A stretch of 64,000 nt of DNA from contig CAWCHX010000017.1 of assembly GCA_963795445.1 (NCBI GenBank), positions 281,743-345,742 of the forward strand. Reading direction: 5' to 3'. The notes under the pieces are model-generated. The model saw only the letters and a list, made by a program, of their open reading frames with translations, did not search any database and was not told the origin of the DNA. The DNA comes from an uncultured Acidobacteriaceae bacterium. GTDB lineage: Bacteria; Acidobacteriota; Terriglobia; Bryobacterales; Bryobacteraceae. Each line of letters begins with the position of its first letter. The first letter of the stretch is position 1. Shown here one piece after another: positions 1 to 9,412 of the stretch. The translations under genes were made by a program, and so were the position numbers.

Positions 1-422
1 TGCTGCGGCTTCACTATGGTGAAGATGGATGCAGGCTTGAACCGGCCCGCAATCCGAGCGGGTTGACGAATGCGATCAGCAGCTACTTTGCGGGAGAACT
101 TACGGCGATAGACACGTTGCCGGTAAAAACAACCGGCACGGCCTTTCAGCGCGACGTGTGGCGCGCGCTGCGCGAGATTCCCTGCGGCAGCACACTTTCG
201 TACGCGAAGCTTGCGGAGCGAATCGGCCGGCCTAGCGCAGTGAGGGCGGTTGGCATGGCCAATGGCTCGAATCCGATCGGGGTGGTGGTACCTTGTCACC
301 GCGTCATCGGAGCGAACGGTTCGCTGACCGGCTATGGCGGCGGTATGGAGCGCAAGCGCTGGCTCTTAGAGCATGAAGCTGCCCAAATTCGCGGCTCCAG
401 CTCGGCTTCGCTTCTATACTGA
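1..422 (+). CDS. ogt: methylated-DNA--protein-cysteine methyltransferase (Ogt / Ada C-terminal domain); 5' end lies outside the window
   Basis: The frame is open from base 3 to the TGA at 420-422. The translation has the winged-helix region and the active-site motif VVPCHRVIG (PCHR). Confidence 0.9.
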   Translation, partial: LRLHYGEDGCRLEPARNPSGLTNAISSYFAGELTAIDTLPVKTTGTAFQRDVWRALREIPCGSTLSYAKLAERIGRPSAVRAVGMANGSNPIGVVVPCHRVIGANGSLTGYGGGMERKRWLLEHEAAQIRGSSSASLLY

Positions 423-460
423 GACTTATCAAGCATCTTTTTCAAGACGCCAAGTACGCG

Positions 461-2833
461 TTGCGCGCTCTGACTCACAGCCGCGGCTTCTCGGCCGTAG
501 TCATCCTGACGCTCGCGATTGGCGTGGGAGCAAACACCGCGATTTTTAGCCTGGTCGACGCGGTTGTTCTGCGGCCACTTCCCTACCCCGACGCAAACCG
601 GATCGTCACCCTTTCAGAAACGAATCGAAAAGGGGAAGAGATGATGGCCTCGTGGTTGGATTTCACCGATTGGCGCGACCAGAGCCGCAGCTTCAGCGGC
701 ATGGCGGCTATTCAGGCCAACAGCGTCAACTTTACCGGACACGGGGTTGGAAACGGCGAGGCAATACGCCTGTATGTTCTTTCCTGCTCGCATACTTTCT
801 TTTCGCTGGTGGGCGTGCATCCAGTGTTGGGACGGGATTTCCTAGCGCCGGACGATCGCCCTGGAGCGATACCTGTAGCCCTGCTCTCAAACTCGCTTTG
901 GAAGGAGCGCTTCGGAGCTGATCCTCACGTTCTGGGCCGCTCTATCGATCTGAGTGGCCGTACATACACGATCATCGGCGTGCTGCCTGCATCGTTTCGC
1001 TTTTACTATCCAGGCGACCTGTACGTCCCAATCGGTCTCTATGCCCGATCGCAAGGAACGCGCGCGGATCGTTATGGAACGCTGGTCGTGGGCAAGGTGA
1101 GGCCGGATGTGGCGCTTGCAACCGCGGCGCGTGAAATGGAGACCATTGCCGGCCGGCTGCAGCAAAGCTATCCGGCTTCGAACGGTGGAATCACGGTTAG
1201 GCTACATCCGCTGACTGAACTAATCACAGGACCGATTCGCCGGCCTCTATTCGTTCTCTGGAGCGCGGTCTGTTTTGTGCTTCTCATCGCATGCGCCAAT
1301 GTCGCGAATTTGCTGCTGGCGAGAGCTGTCAGCCGGCAGCGAGAAATCACCGTTCGTATTGCTCTGGGCGCCGGGCGCGGACGTCTGATATCGCAACTGC
1401 TGACCGAGAGCGCGGCTTTGGCGATAAGCGGCGCCATCGCGGGCTGTGCAATTGCCGCCGCGGTACTCCCATTGATGGTTCGCCTGTTGCCGATTGAGCT
1501 CAGCCGGTTTGTACACATCGGTATCAATCCGCGAATTCTGGGCTTCACGCTTTTGCTGACAGTTCTCACGACGGCCCTATTCGGTCTCATTCCGGCTTAT
1601 CGAACGTCGGGCCTGAACCCGGCGCACTCACTTGGCAGCGGCACGCGAACGACGGGCGCCAACTTCAGCAAGCTCTCGGCCACGGGTTTACTGGTCACGA
1701 CGCAAATCGCGCTAGCCTTCATGTTGCTGATAGGAGCATGTCTGCTGGCTCAGAGCCTGATGCGGCTGGACCAAGTAAATCCTGGCTTCCGCACAGATCA
1801 TCTACTGACAGCACGCCTGAATCCGGGGGCAAATAGAGACGTGGACAAGCTGATCGACAAAGTTAATTCCGTATCGGGCGTGCTGGGAACAACGGCGGTG
1901 GCCTGTCTACCGCTGGCCGGAAAGGACTGCTGGTTCTCCTTGTTCCTGATAGAAGGGCGGCCCATTCCGCGGGTTGAGAATGTCCCGGGCGCGCCGTCTA
2001 ACGTGATTGCGCCGGGTTATCTGAAGACGATGGGAATTCCTCTGCTGCGGGGCAGAGACTTCAGCGCACACGACGATGCTAATAGTCCGCCTGTGATTCT
2101 GGTAAACGAGCGATTCGCGCGCAAATTCTTTCCTGGTGAAGATCCGATTGGAAAGCGGATTAAGCCGGGCTCGCCACAGGAAATGAATGCCTACGCCACG
2201 ATTGTGGGCGTTATCGGGGATGTGCGACGCGAGCAGCTTGACCAGCCGGCAACGCCCGAGTTCCTGCGACCGATGGGTCAGACGCCCGCCAGTTCGATTG
2301 ATTTACTGGTACGGACGATCTCACCGAATCCGCTGGTAGCCGCTCCCGCGGTAAGACGCGCAGTCGCGGAGGTTGCTCCGGACACACCGCTCTATTTCGT
2401 TCGCAGCATGGAATTTTATATCAATTACGAAACGCAAAGCCGCCGCTTTCCAACATTTCTGCTCAGCGCGTTTGCTGGAATCGCCGTGCTGCTTGCGACG
2501 GTGGGTCTCTACGGCCTGCTTTCGTTCCTAGTAGCGCAACGCACCAAAGAACTGGGCATTCGCCTCGCCTTGGGAGCGCAGAGCGCGGATCTCATGCGCA
2601 TGGTGATGCAGCAAGGGCTGGGACTGGTTATAGCCGGCCTGGTGGTTGGTTTGGCTGGCGCGTGGGAGCTGGTACGAGTCATCGGGGCCCTGCTGTTTGC
2701 AACTGCGCCAAACGACGCGCTGGTTTTTGCCGCCGTGTCTTGCCTGCTGCTCTTCGTAGCCGCTCTCGCCTGCTGGTTTCCAGCCCGGCGCGCTACGAAA
2801 GTGGATCCGCTTTCGGCCTTACGGGCGGAATAA
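461..2833 (+). CDS. ADOP-family duplicated permease (MacB/FtsX-like ABC transporter permease)
   Basis: 790-aa ORF with two FtsX-type 4-TM modules ([12 protein letters not shown]...REITVRIALGA and ...RTKELGIRLALGA) and large periplasmic MacB-like domains, ending ...KVDPLSALRAE. The conserved N-terminal motif LFQDAKYALRAL lies upstream of the first canonical start, so the true start is uncertain (about 419-461). Confidence 0.85.
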   Translation: MRALTHSRGFSAVVILTLAIGVGANTAIFSLVDAVVLRPLPYPDANRIVTLSETNRKGEEMMASWLDFTDWRDQSRSFSGMAAIQANSVNFTGHGVGNGEAIRLYVLSCSHTFFSLVGVHPVLGRDFLAPDDRPGAIPVALLSNSLWKERFGADPHVLGRSIDLSGRTYTIIGVLPASFRFYYPGDLYVPIGLYARSQGTRADRYGTLVVGKVRPDVALATAAREMETIAGRLQQSYPASNGGITVRLHPLTELITGPIRRPLFVLWSAVCFVLLIACANVANLLLARAVSRQREITVRIALGAGRGRLISQLLTESAALAISGAIAGCAIAAAVLPLMVRLLPIELSRFVHIGINPRILGFTLLLTVLTTALFGLIPAYRTSGLNPAHSLGSGTRTTGANFSKLSATGLLVTTQIALAFMLLIGACLLAQSLMRLDQVNPGFRTDHLLTARLNPGANRDVDKLIDKVNSVSGVLGTTAVACLPLAGKDCWFSLFLIEGRPIPRVENVPGAPSNVIAPGYLKTMGIPLLRGRDFSAHDDANSPPVILVNERFARKFFPGEDPIGKRIKPGSPQEMNAYATIVGVIGDVRREQLDQPATPEFLRPMGQTPASSIDLLVRTISPNPLVAAPAVRRAVAEVAPDTPLYFVRSMEFYINYETQSRRFPTFLLSAFAGIAVLLATVGLYGLLSFLVAQRTKELGIRLALGAQSADLMRMVMQQGLGLVIAGLVVGLAGAWELVRVIGALLFATAPNDALVFAAVSCLLLFVAALACWFPARRATKVDPLSALRAE

Positions 2834-2862
2834 TATTGCGCCTGGCTGCCGGGCGCGCTGCC

Positions 2863-5286
2863 TCACTCTTCCCGCATGAGTTTGGATGGATCGACGGCAA
2901 GCGCTCGCCGGGCTGGAATGGCGGACGCTGCAATGCCTAGGAGCGCCATCGTGAGCACCGCGCCGCCTACGACCACGGGATCCCGCGGATTCGCCTGATA
3001 CACAATGCGCGCCAGTAACCGGCTGGCGAAGAGGCCCGACAGCAGCCCGACCGCCGATCCTACCGCGAGCAGCACCATGGGCCGCCCCACCGCCGCGCTC
3101 ATCACTTGCCTCTTACGCGCGCCCAGCGCCACGCGAATGCCCAGCTCCTTCATGCGCCGGCTCACGCTGTAGGCCGCCATGCCGGAAATGCCCGTCACCG
3201 CCAGCATCGCCGCGAGCAGGCCCATGACGCCCAGCGCCACTGTGGCGGCCCGCGCCGGAAACAGCTCAGACGCCAGCGCATCGGGCCAGCTCTGCAGCGC
3301 GATCGGCACATTCGGCTCGATAGCGCTCAGCGTGCGTTCCAGCGCCGCCGCCATCTCGCTCGGCGTCCGCCGCGACCGCACCACGAAAACCGTTTCGCTC
3401 TGCTCGCTTTGCGATAACGGCAGATACACGGCAGGTTGCGGCGATTCTTCCAGGTCATGATATTTACCGTCCTCGGCCAGGCCTACCACTTCCGTCAGGT
3501 TGCCCCTCACGATGAAGCGCTGTCCGATCGCCGGCGTTTCGCGCCACATTTTGCGGGCGAAGGTTTCGTTCACGATCGCCACATACGGCGTTTTTGCGGT
3601 GTCACGCCATGAGGCATCCCGGCCGCCCAGTAGCCGAGTGCCGGCAGCCGCCAGGTATCCCGGCGACATCTGATACACGTACGCCGCCAGTACAGAATTG
3701 TTCAGCTTGAACTCTGTCGTCCCCGGCCGGAAAATCGGAATCCCATGGAGTCCGCCAGTGAAGGGCGTGCGGCTCACCGTACCCGCCGCGGTCACGCCGG
3801 GGATGCTCCGCACCGCCTCAATCATCTCTTTGGTCTTCTCGACCGCGACGTCGCCTGCCTGTCCCGCCTGGCTCAGGTCCAAATCGACCAGCATCGCGCC
3901 CTGCGGCCGGATGCCCAACGGGACATGCAGCGCGCGCACCATGCCGCGCACGGCCACGAGCGAGGCCGTTACCAGCAGCGTGCAGATTGCAATTTGCGCG
4001 CCCAACAACAGGTCACGCAGGGCAAACCGACGCAGGCGCATAGCATCCGGCGGTCCACTCTTCATCATCTGCAAGGGACTGCTCAGCCACGCCTGCCGCG
4101 CCGGAACCATTCCAAACAACAGCGCGCTTCCGAGTGTCAATGCCAGGCCTGCCAGGTACACCCGCGCATCCACGCTTACAGTCAGTCGGCCAAGGAACGG
4201 ATCGCTCCGGTTCAGCACACCCAGCAGCAGGCGCGCGCTCACCAGCCCCGCTGCTCCGCCCAGCAGCGATATCATCGCCGCCTCAGTGAGCAGTTGCCTC
4301 ACTAGCCGCCGCCGACTCGATCCAAGCGCCACTCGGAGCGCCAGTTCCCGGCTGCGATCCGCCGCGCGCGCCGCAAAGAGAGTTGCCAGGTTCGCGCATG
4401 CCGCCGCCAGCACCAGCAGCGCCAGCACGGTCACGCTATAGAGAAATCCACGGATGACATCACCGTCGTCGCCCCAGAGTCCCGGATGGATCAGGCGCAG
4501 CGACTGTCCGTCATCAGTCTCCGGATAATCCTTCGCCAGCTCGGCCGCAATGGCATTCAGATTTTCCGTCGCCTGCTGCGGCGTCACGCCCGGCTTGAGC
4601 CGGCCAATCACCGTAACAGTTATGGATGTGCGGCTATGCAGGTAATCCGACCCCTCGACCTGCTCCTCGTTCAGCATTGGCATCCAGTAGTCCGGCCACA
4701 CAAACCGCTCCGTGCCATGGAAGCGCGCCGGCGCCACGCCGACCACCGTAAACGGATGGTTGTTGAGCTCCACTGTCGTCCCGACTACGGCCTTATCAGC
4801 TTGAAACGCGCTTCGCCACAGACTATCGCTCAACACCACATACGGCGCTGAATCGGGGCCATGCTCGTCCACCGCGTGAAAGAATCGTCCTGCTTCGGGC
4901 CGCACCCCCAGCAGATCAAAATAATTGCCGGTGACCTCATCGCCGTGGACCTTCCTCACCGCGTTGCGCCAAGCCAGCGCCGCTTGAGAATATCCATAGA
5001 TCCCGGCCATCCCGCTGAAGGTAGTGTTTCGCCGCCGAAAATCCTCAAAGGCGGGATACGACGTAGTCAGTAGCCGTCCGATCATCCACGCCTGGTGGCG
5101 AACCTGATACAGGCTGTGTGGATCGCTCACATCCAGCGGGCGCAGCAGAACGGCATTCAGCACTCCGAAAACGACGACGTTTGCTCCGATCCCCAACATC
5201 AGAGTAAGTAAGACTACGACCGTGAGCCCGGGAGACTTGCGAAGCACGCGAAGCGCATAGCGAACATCCATCAGCAGGTTTTCCAC
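2863..5286 (-). CDS. ADOP-family duplicated permease (MacB/FtsX-like), paralog of 461-2833
   Basis: 807-aa intact ORF. N-terminus MDVRYALRVLRKSPGLT, two FtsX modules (CANLATLFAARA...RELALRVALGS and ...MKELGIRVALGA), C-terminus AVDPSKLMREE. Convergent with the previous gene. Confidence 0.88.
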   Translation of the reverse strand: MENLLMDVRYALRVLRKSPGLTVVVLLTLMLGIGANVVVFGVLNAVLLRPLDVSDPHSLYQVRHQAWMIGRLLTTSYPAFEDFRRRNTTFSGMAGIYGYSQAALAWRNAVRKVHGDEVTGNYFDLLGVRPEAGRFFHAVDEHGPDSAPYVVLSDSLWRSAFQADKAVVGTTVELNNHPFTVVGVAPARFHGTERFVWPDYWMPMLNEEQVEGSDYLHSRTSITVTVIGRLKPGVTPQQATENLNAIAAELAKDYPETDDGQSLRLIHPGLWGDDGDVIRGFLYSVTVLALLVLAAACANLATLFAARAADRSRELALRVALGSSRRRLVRQLLTEAAMISLLGGAAGLVSARLLLGVLNRSDPFLGRLTVSVDARVYLAGLALTLGSALLFGMVPARQAWLSSPLQMMKSGPPDAMRLRRFALRDLLLGAQIAICTLLVTASLVAVRGMVRALHVPLGIRPQGAMLVDLDLSQAGQAGDVAVEKTKEMIEAVRSIPGVTAAGTVSRTPFTGGLHGIPIFRPGTTEFKLNNSVLAAYVYQMSPGYLAAAGTRLLGGRDASWRDTAKTPYVAIVNETFARKMWRETPAIGQRFIVRGNLTEVVGLAEDGKYHDLEESPQPAVYLPLSQSEQSETVFVVRSRRTPSEMAAALERTLSAIEPNVPIALQSWPDALASELFPARAATVALGVMGLLAAMLAVTGISGMAAYSVSRRMKELGIRVALGARKRQVMSAAVGRPMVLLAVGSAVGLLSGLFASRLLARIVYQANPRDPVVVGGAVLTMALLGIAASAIPARRALAVDPSKLMREE

Positions 5287-5436
5287 GATTCGGTTTACTA
5301 ACAGGAGAATGCCACAGTTTTATTGGCAAGGCCACAGGGACAAAAGAGCAGCCCGATTTGAGCTGGCGGCGCAGGCATTTCGACCGCAGGAGTAAGATCC
5401 TTCTAGAGTCCAATCCATTTAGAGGAAAAGATCATC

Positions 5437-5745
5437 ATGCGATTTTTATTCAAAATTTCGTTCCCCGTGGAAGCAGGAAACGCGGCGGCAAAGAAGGATG
5501 GCTTTAGGGCTATCCAAACTATTCTCGAACAACAAAAGCCTGAAGCAGCCTATTTCGTAAGCGAGAACGGGAGACGCACCGCCGTTCTGATCATAAACAT
5601 GCAGGATGCATCGGAAATTCCGGTGATCGCTGAGCCCTGGTTCCTGGCGTTAGACGCGGCGATTGAGGTAACGCCAGCAATGGTCCCTGCCGATCTTCAG
5701 AAGGCAGCACCCGCTATCGCACAAGCGGTGAAAACGTACGGGTAG
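5437..5745 (+). CDS. small conserved protein of unknown function (DUF3303-like fold family)
   Basis: 102-aa ORF with protein-like composition and a GGAAAAG RBS-like stretch upstream. The pattern ...KPEAAYF..ENG.R.A.LI..M.DAS.IP..AEPWFL...A.IE..P.M matches a widespread family of roughly 100-aa proteins. The family name is from memory only. Confidence 0.55.
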   Translation: MRFLFKISFPVEAGNAAAKKDGFRAIQTILEQQKPEAAYFVSENGRRTAVLIINMQDASEIPVIAEPWFLALDAAIEVTPAMVPADLQKAAPAIAQAVKTYG

Positions 5746-5789
5746 GGCGAAGATTCGGACGATCCGCTCTCAGCCGTACGCGGAATAAT

Positions 5790-7370
5790 ATGCACATGGC
5801 TGTCAGAGTCGGAGTATTCGGATGGGGAATTGTTGCGCCTAAGTCTCCAAACATTGATGTCTTCAAGAGGAACTTAGCTTGTTCGGAGACTTGGCTTTCC
5901 ACTTTTAACGGTTTTGGGCCGGATAATTTTCTCGTTGGCATTCCCGAGTTTCGATTCGCGGATTATCAGGAGTGGATTGGAAAACGTTTCGCGCCGCGGC
6001 ACTTTCAGATGCTGAAAGAGAAGATGGATCTGCCGGCGCATTACGCCATAGGCGCGTTCATTCAGGCCCTCTCTCAGAATCCGGAAATTGAACGCGAGCT
6101 GGAAGAGCTTCGCGGGCAGGCGCACGTTTATGTGGGAACCGGGCTGGGAAGCTTGGATACTACTTACCAGGCAAGCATCGCCCTGTATGAAGCGCAGAAC
6201 CGCTGGAACAGCTTTTGGGCCAAGCCGGAGCACAATTCGGAATTGCGCAGTTATCTTGCGCGCGCTGGTGAGGAGCGGCAAGCTGAGGATGTTCCTGCGT
6301 CTCCCGAGACCGCGCCCGAGGAGACGCGCCCGGCAGCGGAACGAGTTTGGTCGAGCTACTGGATGGCGCGTTCGCCGGAGCTCCAGGAATATCTCGAAGA
6401 GCTTGCTCAGATCGATGGCCTGACGATCGAAGGAGACGTGGAAACGGCAAAACTTCACGCTATTCGGGAGAAGGAAAAACGCCGCACGAAACTCCAAGAG
6501 AAATGGCAAGCACCGGAACCACCCTGGAAGGTTTCCGCTAATCTGATTTGGAATATTCCCAATAGCGCAGCGGCTCAGATTTCGATTCTCGGCAAAATAC
6601 GCGGCCTATCCTTTGCTCCAGTTGCGGCGTGCTCGACATTCGGCGTTGCACTCGGGCTGGCGATGAGAGCGATTCAATCCGGAGAAGCAAAAGTAGTAGT
6701 GGTTGGCGCTACGGATCCACCTCCTCATCCGCTCACCGTCGGCTCGTTCTACAGCGCCCGCGTGATATCGGCGGATCGAAACGTTTCTATTCCGCTAACC
6801 CGACTGCAGGGGACTCATGTGGCGGGCGGTTCAGTCGTGTGGATCGTGGGGGATCTCGAATACCTGAAAAAGAAAGGCCTCAAGCCGGTTGGGATGGAAC
6901 CGCTGGGGGTAGGACTCAGCTCCGACGCGCATCACATTATTACGCCGTCAATTGACGGCCCGAAGGCGGCGATGTCCCAAGCGTTTCAAGATGCGAATGC
7001 CGGGCCGGAGGCGATTGGGACGTGGGATCTGCACGCAACTGCTACTCCGGGGGATTACGCCGAAATGGCTACTTTGCGATCTCTCTTGCCGGATTCAGTG
7101 CTGGTCACGGCCAGAAAGGGCACCTTCGGACATGGCATGAGCGCTGGCGGCGGCTGGGAGTTAACGGCTCAGTATCTCGGATACGAGCAAGGCCAACTCT
7201 TTCCAACGCCGCTGGCGCGAGAAGATCTGAATCCGCTAATTGCCGATCTTCACAGCGGCTTCGTGTTCGATAGCGCGTGTGAGGCGCCTACCGCTCTCGC
7301 CGGCAAGCTGTCGATGGGAATCGGCGGCATCAATGCCTGCGTTATTTCACGCCCACTGGATTCAGACTGA
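5790..7370 (+). CDS. beta-ketoacyl-ACP synthase I/II-like condensing enzyme with a large internal insertion
   Basis: 526-aa ORF. Thiolase-fold motifs are present: active-site Cys in PVAACSTFG, SSDAHHIITP, first His in LHATATPGD, second His in GHGMSAGGG. About 100 extra charged residues lie between the N-terminal GTGLGSL loop and the Cys loop. Confidence 0.8.
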   Translation: MHMAVRVGVFGWGIVAPKSPNIDVFKRNLACSETWLSTFNGFGPDNFLVGIPEFRFADYQEWIGKRFAPRHFQMLKEKMDLPAHYAIGAFIQALSQNPEIERELEELRGQAHVYVGTGLGSLDTTYQASIALYEAQNRWNSFWAKPEHNSELRSYLARAGEERQAEDVPASPETAPEETRPAAERVWSSYWMARSPELQEYLEELAQIDGLTIEGDVETAKLHAIREKEKRRTKLQEKWQAPEPPWKVSANLIWNIPNSAAAQISILGKIRGLSFAPVAACSTFGVALGLAMRAIQSGEAKVVVVGATDPPPHPLTVGSFYSARVISADRNVSIPLTRLQGTHVAGGSVVWIVGDLEYLKKKGLKPVGMEPLGVGLSSDAHHIITPSIDGPKAAMSQAFQDANAGPEAIGTWDLHATATPGDYAEMATLRSLLPDSVLVTARKGTFGHGMSAGGGWELTAQYLGYEQGQLFPTPLAREDLNPLIADLHSGFVFDSACEAPTALAGKLSMGIGGINACVISRPLDSD

Positions 7371-7658
7371 GCCGAAGCGGCTGGCGAGCGCGCGGTCACC
7401 GACCGATGTTTCTACCGCAGCTTGTGCTTCGGCGAGCTGCTCGAACGGTCCGAAGGTGGCGCAGTTGGTCGGGTCAGCCCCGGACTTGGTGTAGTCGAGT
7501 CCCCACCAGCGCTGATCGCTGGTGCGAAATTCCGCGGAGCCGAGATCGTCTTTAGCGGGACCTCCCCGGCGCAATTTCCAGCTGAGCGCAAAGCTCGTGT
7601 CCAAATCGTCGGCACCATCGTCGGCATACCAGGCGAGCGTGTTATCGGGCATCAGCAA
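7362..7658 (-). CDS. hypothetical small protein
   Basis: 98-aa ORF sitting 19 nt downstream of the DUF71 gene on the same strand. Composition is acidic and Trp-rich but natural-looking. No family recognised. It overlaps the 3' end of the KAS gene by 9 nt (convergent). Confidence 0.4.
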   Translation of the reverse strand: MLMPDNTLAWYADDGADDLDTSFALSWKLRRGGPAKDDLGSAEFRTSDQRWWGLDYTKSGADPTNCATFGPFEQLAEAQAAVETSVGDRALASRFGSV

Positions 7659-7676
7659 CCTGACGGATGTTAAATA

Positions 7677-8354
7677 CTAGCATCGGGCGAGCGCTTCCGG
7701 CAAAACGTCAGCGAAGACGAAACCATCGCGTTCCACGATCTCGCCGACGTGACTGTCTATGGGGCGGGAGAAAACGGGCGAGTCATAAACAAACGTATGA
7801 AACTCACCATTCTCGCCACACGGATCGACAGCGTGCGGCAAACGGTCCAGGAAATCGAGATCGAAATCCAGACCCGCAAACGAACGATCGAGCTTGGCTG
7901 GATCCACGCACGTGACCTTCGCCTTCACACCCGCGCCAATCATCGCGCGGGCAAGATCATCCGTTGGTAATTGCCAAATAGGAAACAGCGGCTCGAGGCC
8001 GGTTCCTCGAAGCTGCCGCTCGCGATAATCCCGAATGTCCCGCAGGAAGAGGTCGCCAAAAGCGATGGCCGTGACGCCTTCCGCAACAGCTCGCAGGCAA
8101 ACGCCGCCCATCAAATCTTCATAGACGGCGTTTGAACAGGGCCACGGAAGTTCTATCGGCCACAATGGCAATCCGATTCGTTCCGCTTGAGCTTCGACAA
8201 GTGAGCGGCGAACGGCATGCATCGCGACCCGGTCGGCTGAACAGTTGAAGGTCGTGACGAGCGCGGCGATTGAGACGTTTTCCGACTGGCGTAGAACATG
8301 CAGCATCCAGGCGCTGTCTTTGCCGCTGCTCCAGGACAGAATGATTCGTTTCAT
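7677..8354 (-). CDS. Dph6-related ATP pyrophosphatase (adenine nucleotide alpha-hydrolase, DUF71/MJ0570 family)
   Basis: PP-loop at the N-terminus (MKRIILSWSSGKDS) followed by a ...GENGEFHTFV... C-terminal motif. I placed the start at the ATG at 8354, which follows a GGAAG RBS, rather than at the ORF-track start 8396. Confidence 0.75.
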   Translation of the reverse strand: MKRIILSWSSGKDSAWMLHVLRQSENVSIAALVTTFNCSADRVAMHAVRRSLVEAQAERIGLPLWPIELPWPCSNAVYEDLMGGVCLRAVAEGVTAIAFGDLFLRDIRDYRERQLRGTGLEPLFPIWQLPTDDLARAMIGAGVKAKVTCVDPAKLDRSFAGLDFDLDFLDRLPHAVDPCGENGEFHTFVYDSPVFSRPIDSHVGEIVERDGFVFADVLPEALARC

Positions 8355-8411
8355 CTTGACCGCTTCCTTCGGGCGCGGCTCTGTAACGGCTTGCATCAGT
8401 TTTATCGCGGC

Positions 8412-9335
8412 TTAGCGCTTGGCTGCGTACTGGTTGTAAAGATCCGCTACATGGGCCGTTTCGGCGTCACCCGGATGAATCACCACGCGCCATTGGAAGA
8501 CCAGCTTCTGACCGGCCGGCAGTTTCCAATGACTCTCTTCCTTATCGGGATCGAAAGCATTTTGCCCGAATGGGTTCAAGGCGAACAGACCGTAATCCCG
8601 TGCATGCCAATACGTCGGATGACGCGGGTTTTGGGGATTGTCGAAGATCGCGACGCCCAACCTCTCGCCGTCCACTTCGGCCGTGTAATCCACCCAGTTC
8701 GAACGCTTCCCCCACACGTTCGCCATGCCGGTTCGACCGTCGGCGTCCACCATCTTGCCGCCTTTCTTTTCGGTGAAATTATCGGCCAGCCGGATGGCGA
8801 ACGCGCCTTCCTTGGTATCGCCGAAGGTCACGTCCTCCGCGGCTGTGAGCGTGATGTGAAAGTCGATGGTCCGCAGCTTCGGATCCGAGTAGAAGATCAT
8901 GCTGCGATTTTCCACCAGAAGCACCTTCCCATTCGGATCGCGCCAATCCATGGTGGCCGTGAGCGTACCGGAGCGATCGCCATCTTTCCACTCGGCGTTG
9001 CGGACAACGATACGGCCCATGTGCGGCTTGGTATAGGACGGATCGTTCTCCCAGAACTTGATGCCGTTCACATCGTCGTAGGAAAACCACAGGCCGCGAT
9101 GGTGCACATGGTCGCGGCTTTCGCCTGGCACATTCTCCATGGGAAAGCGGCGCGTCACGATCTTGCCGGAAGCAGACCGTAGAGGAGCAAGAAACGGCTT
9201 ACCGGCATCGGACCCGTAATGAAATGTTGTAAAAGGTTTGCCGTCGATATTGACGGCGATCTCGTCCGGTGTAAAGCGGACCTGCGCGGAAAGACATGTG
9301 GCCGCAGCGAAGCAAAGAAGAAATGAGGATCGCAT
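8412..9335 (-). CDS. PmoA-family (DUF6807) secreted protein
   Basis: 307-aa ORF with an N-terminal signal peptide (MRSSFLLCFAAATCLSAQ). Family-typical motifs are HHRGLWFS, FGDTKEGAFAIR, NWVDY and NP.HPT.WHARDYGLF. Confidence 0.75.
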   Translation of the reverse strand: MRSSFLLCFAAATCLSAQVRFTPDEIAVNIDGKPFTTFHYGSDAGKPFLAPLRSASGKIVTRRFPMENVPGESRDHVHHRGLWFSYDDVNGIKFWENDPSYTKPHMGRIVVRNAEWKDGDRSGTLTATMDWRDPNGKVLLVENRSMIFYSDPKLRTIDFHITLTAAEDVTFGDTKEGAFAIRLADNFTEKKGGKMVDADGRTGMANVWGKRSNWVDYTAEVDGERLGVAIFDNPQNPRHPTYWHARDYGLFALNPFGQNAFDPDKEESHWKLPAGQKLVFQWRVVIHPGDAETAHVADLYNQYAAKR

Positions 9336-9412
9336 TTTTTCGATTCACAGCAAGTGTATCGCTTGCCCGCGAGCGGCGTCCCCATCCGCGTCGCCGGAGA
9401 TAATAGCCTGAG

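Noticed and set aside
3698-4441. 247-aa and 186-aa plus-strand ORFs inside 2863-5286
   Set aside because: These are shadow ORFs antisense to the intact ADOP permease. They are Ser/Arg/Ala-rich and low-complexity, with no domain features.
8298-9182. 294-aa plus-strand ORF
   Set aside because: It is antisense to the well-supported PmoA-family gene. Its composition (many R, H and G residues, no motifs) is typical of shadow ORFs in GC-rich DNA.
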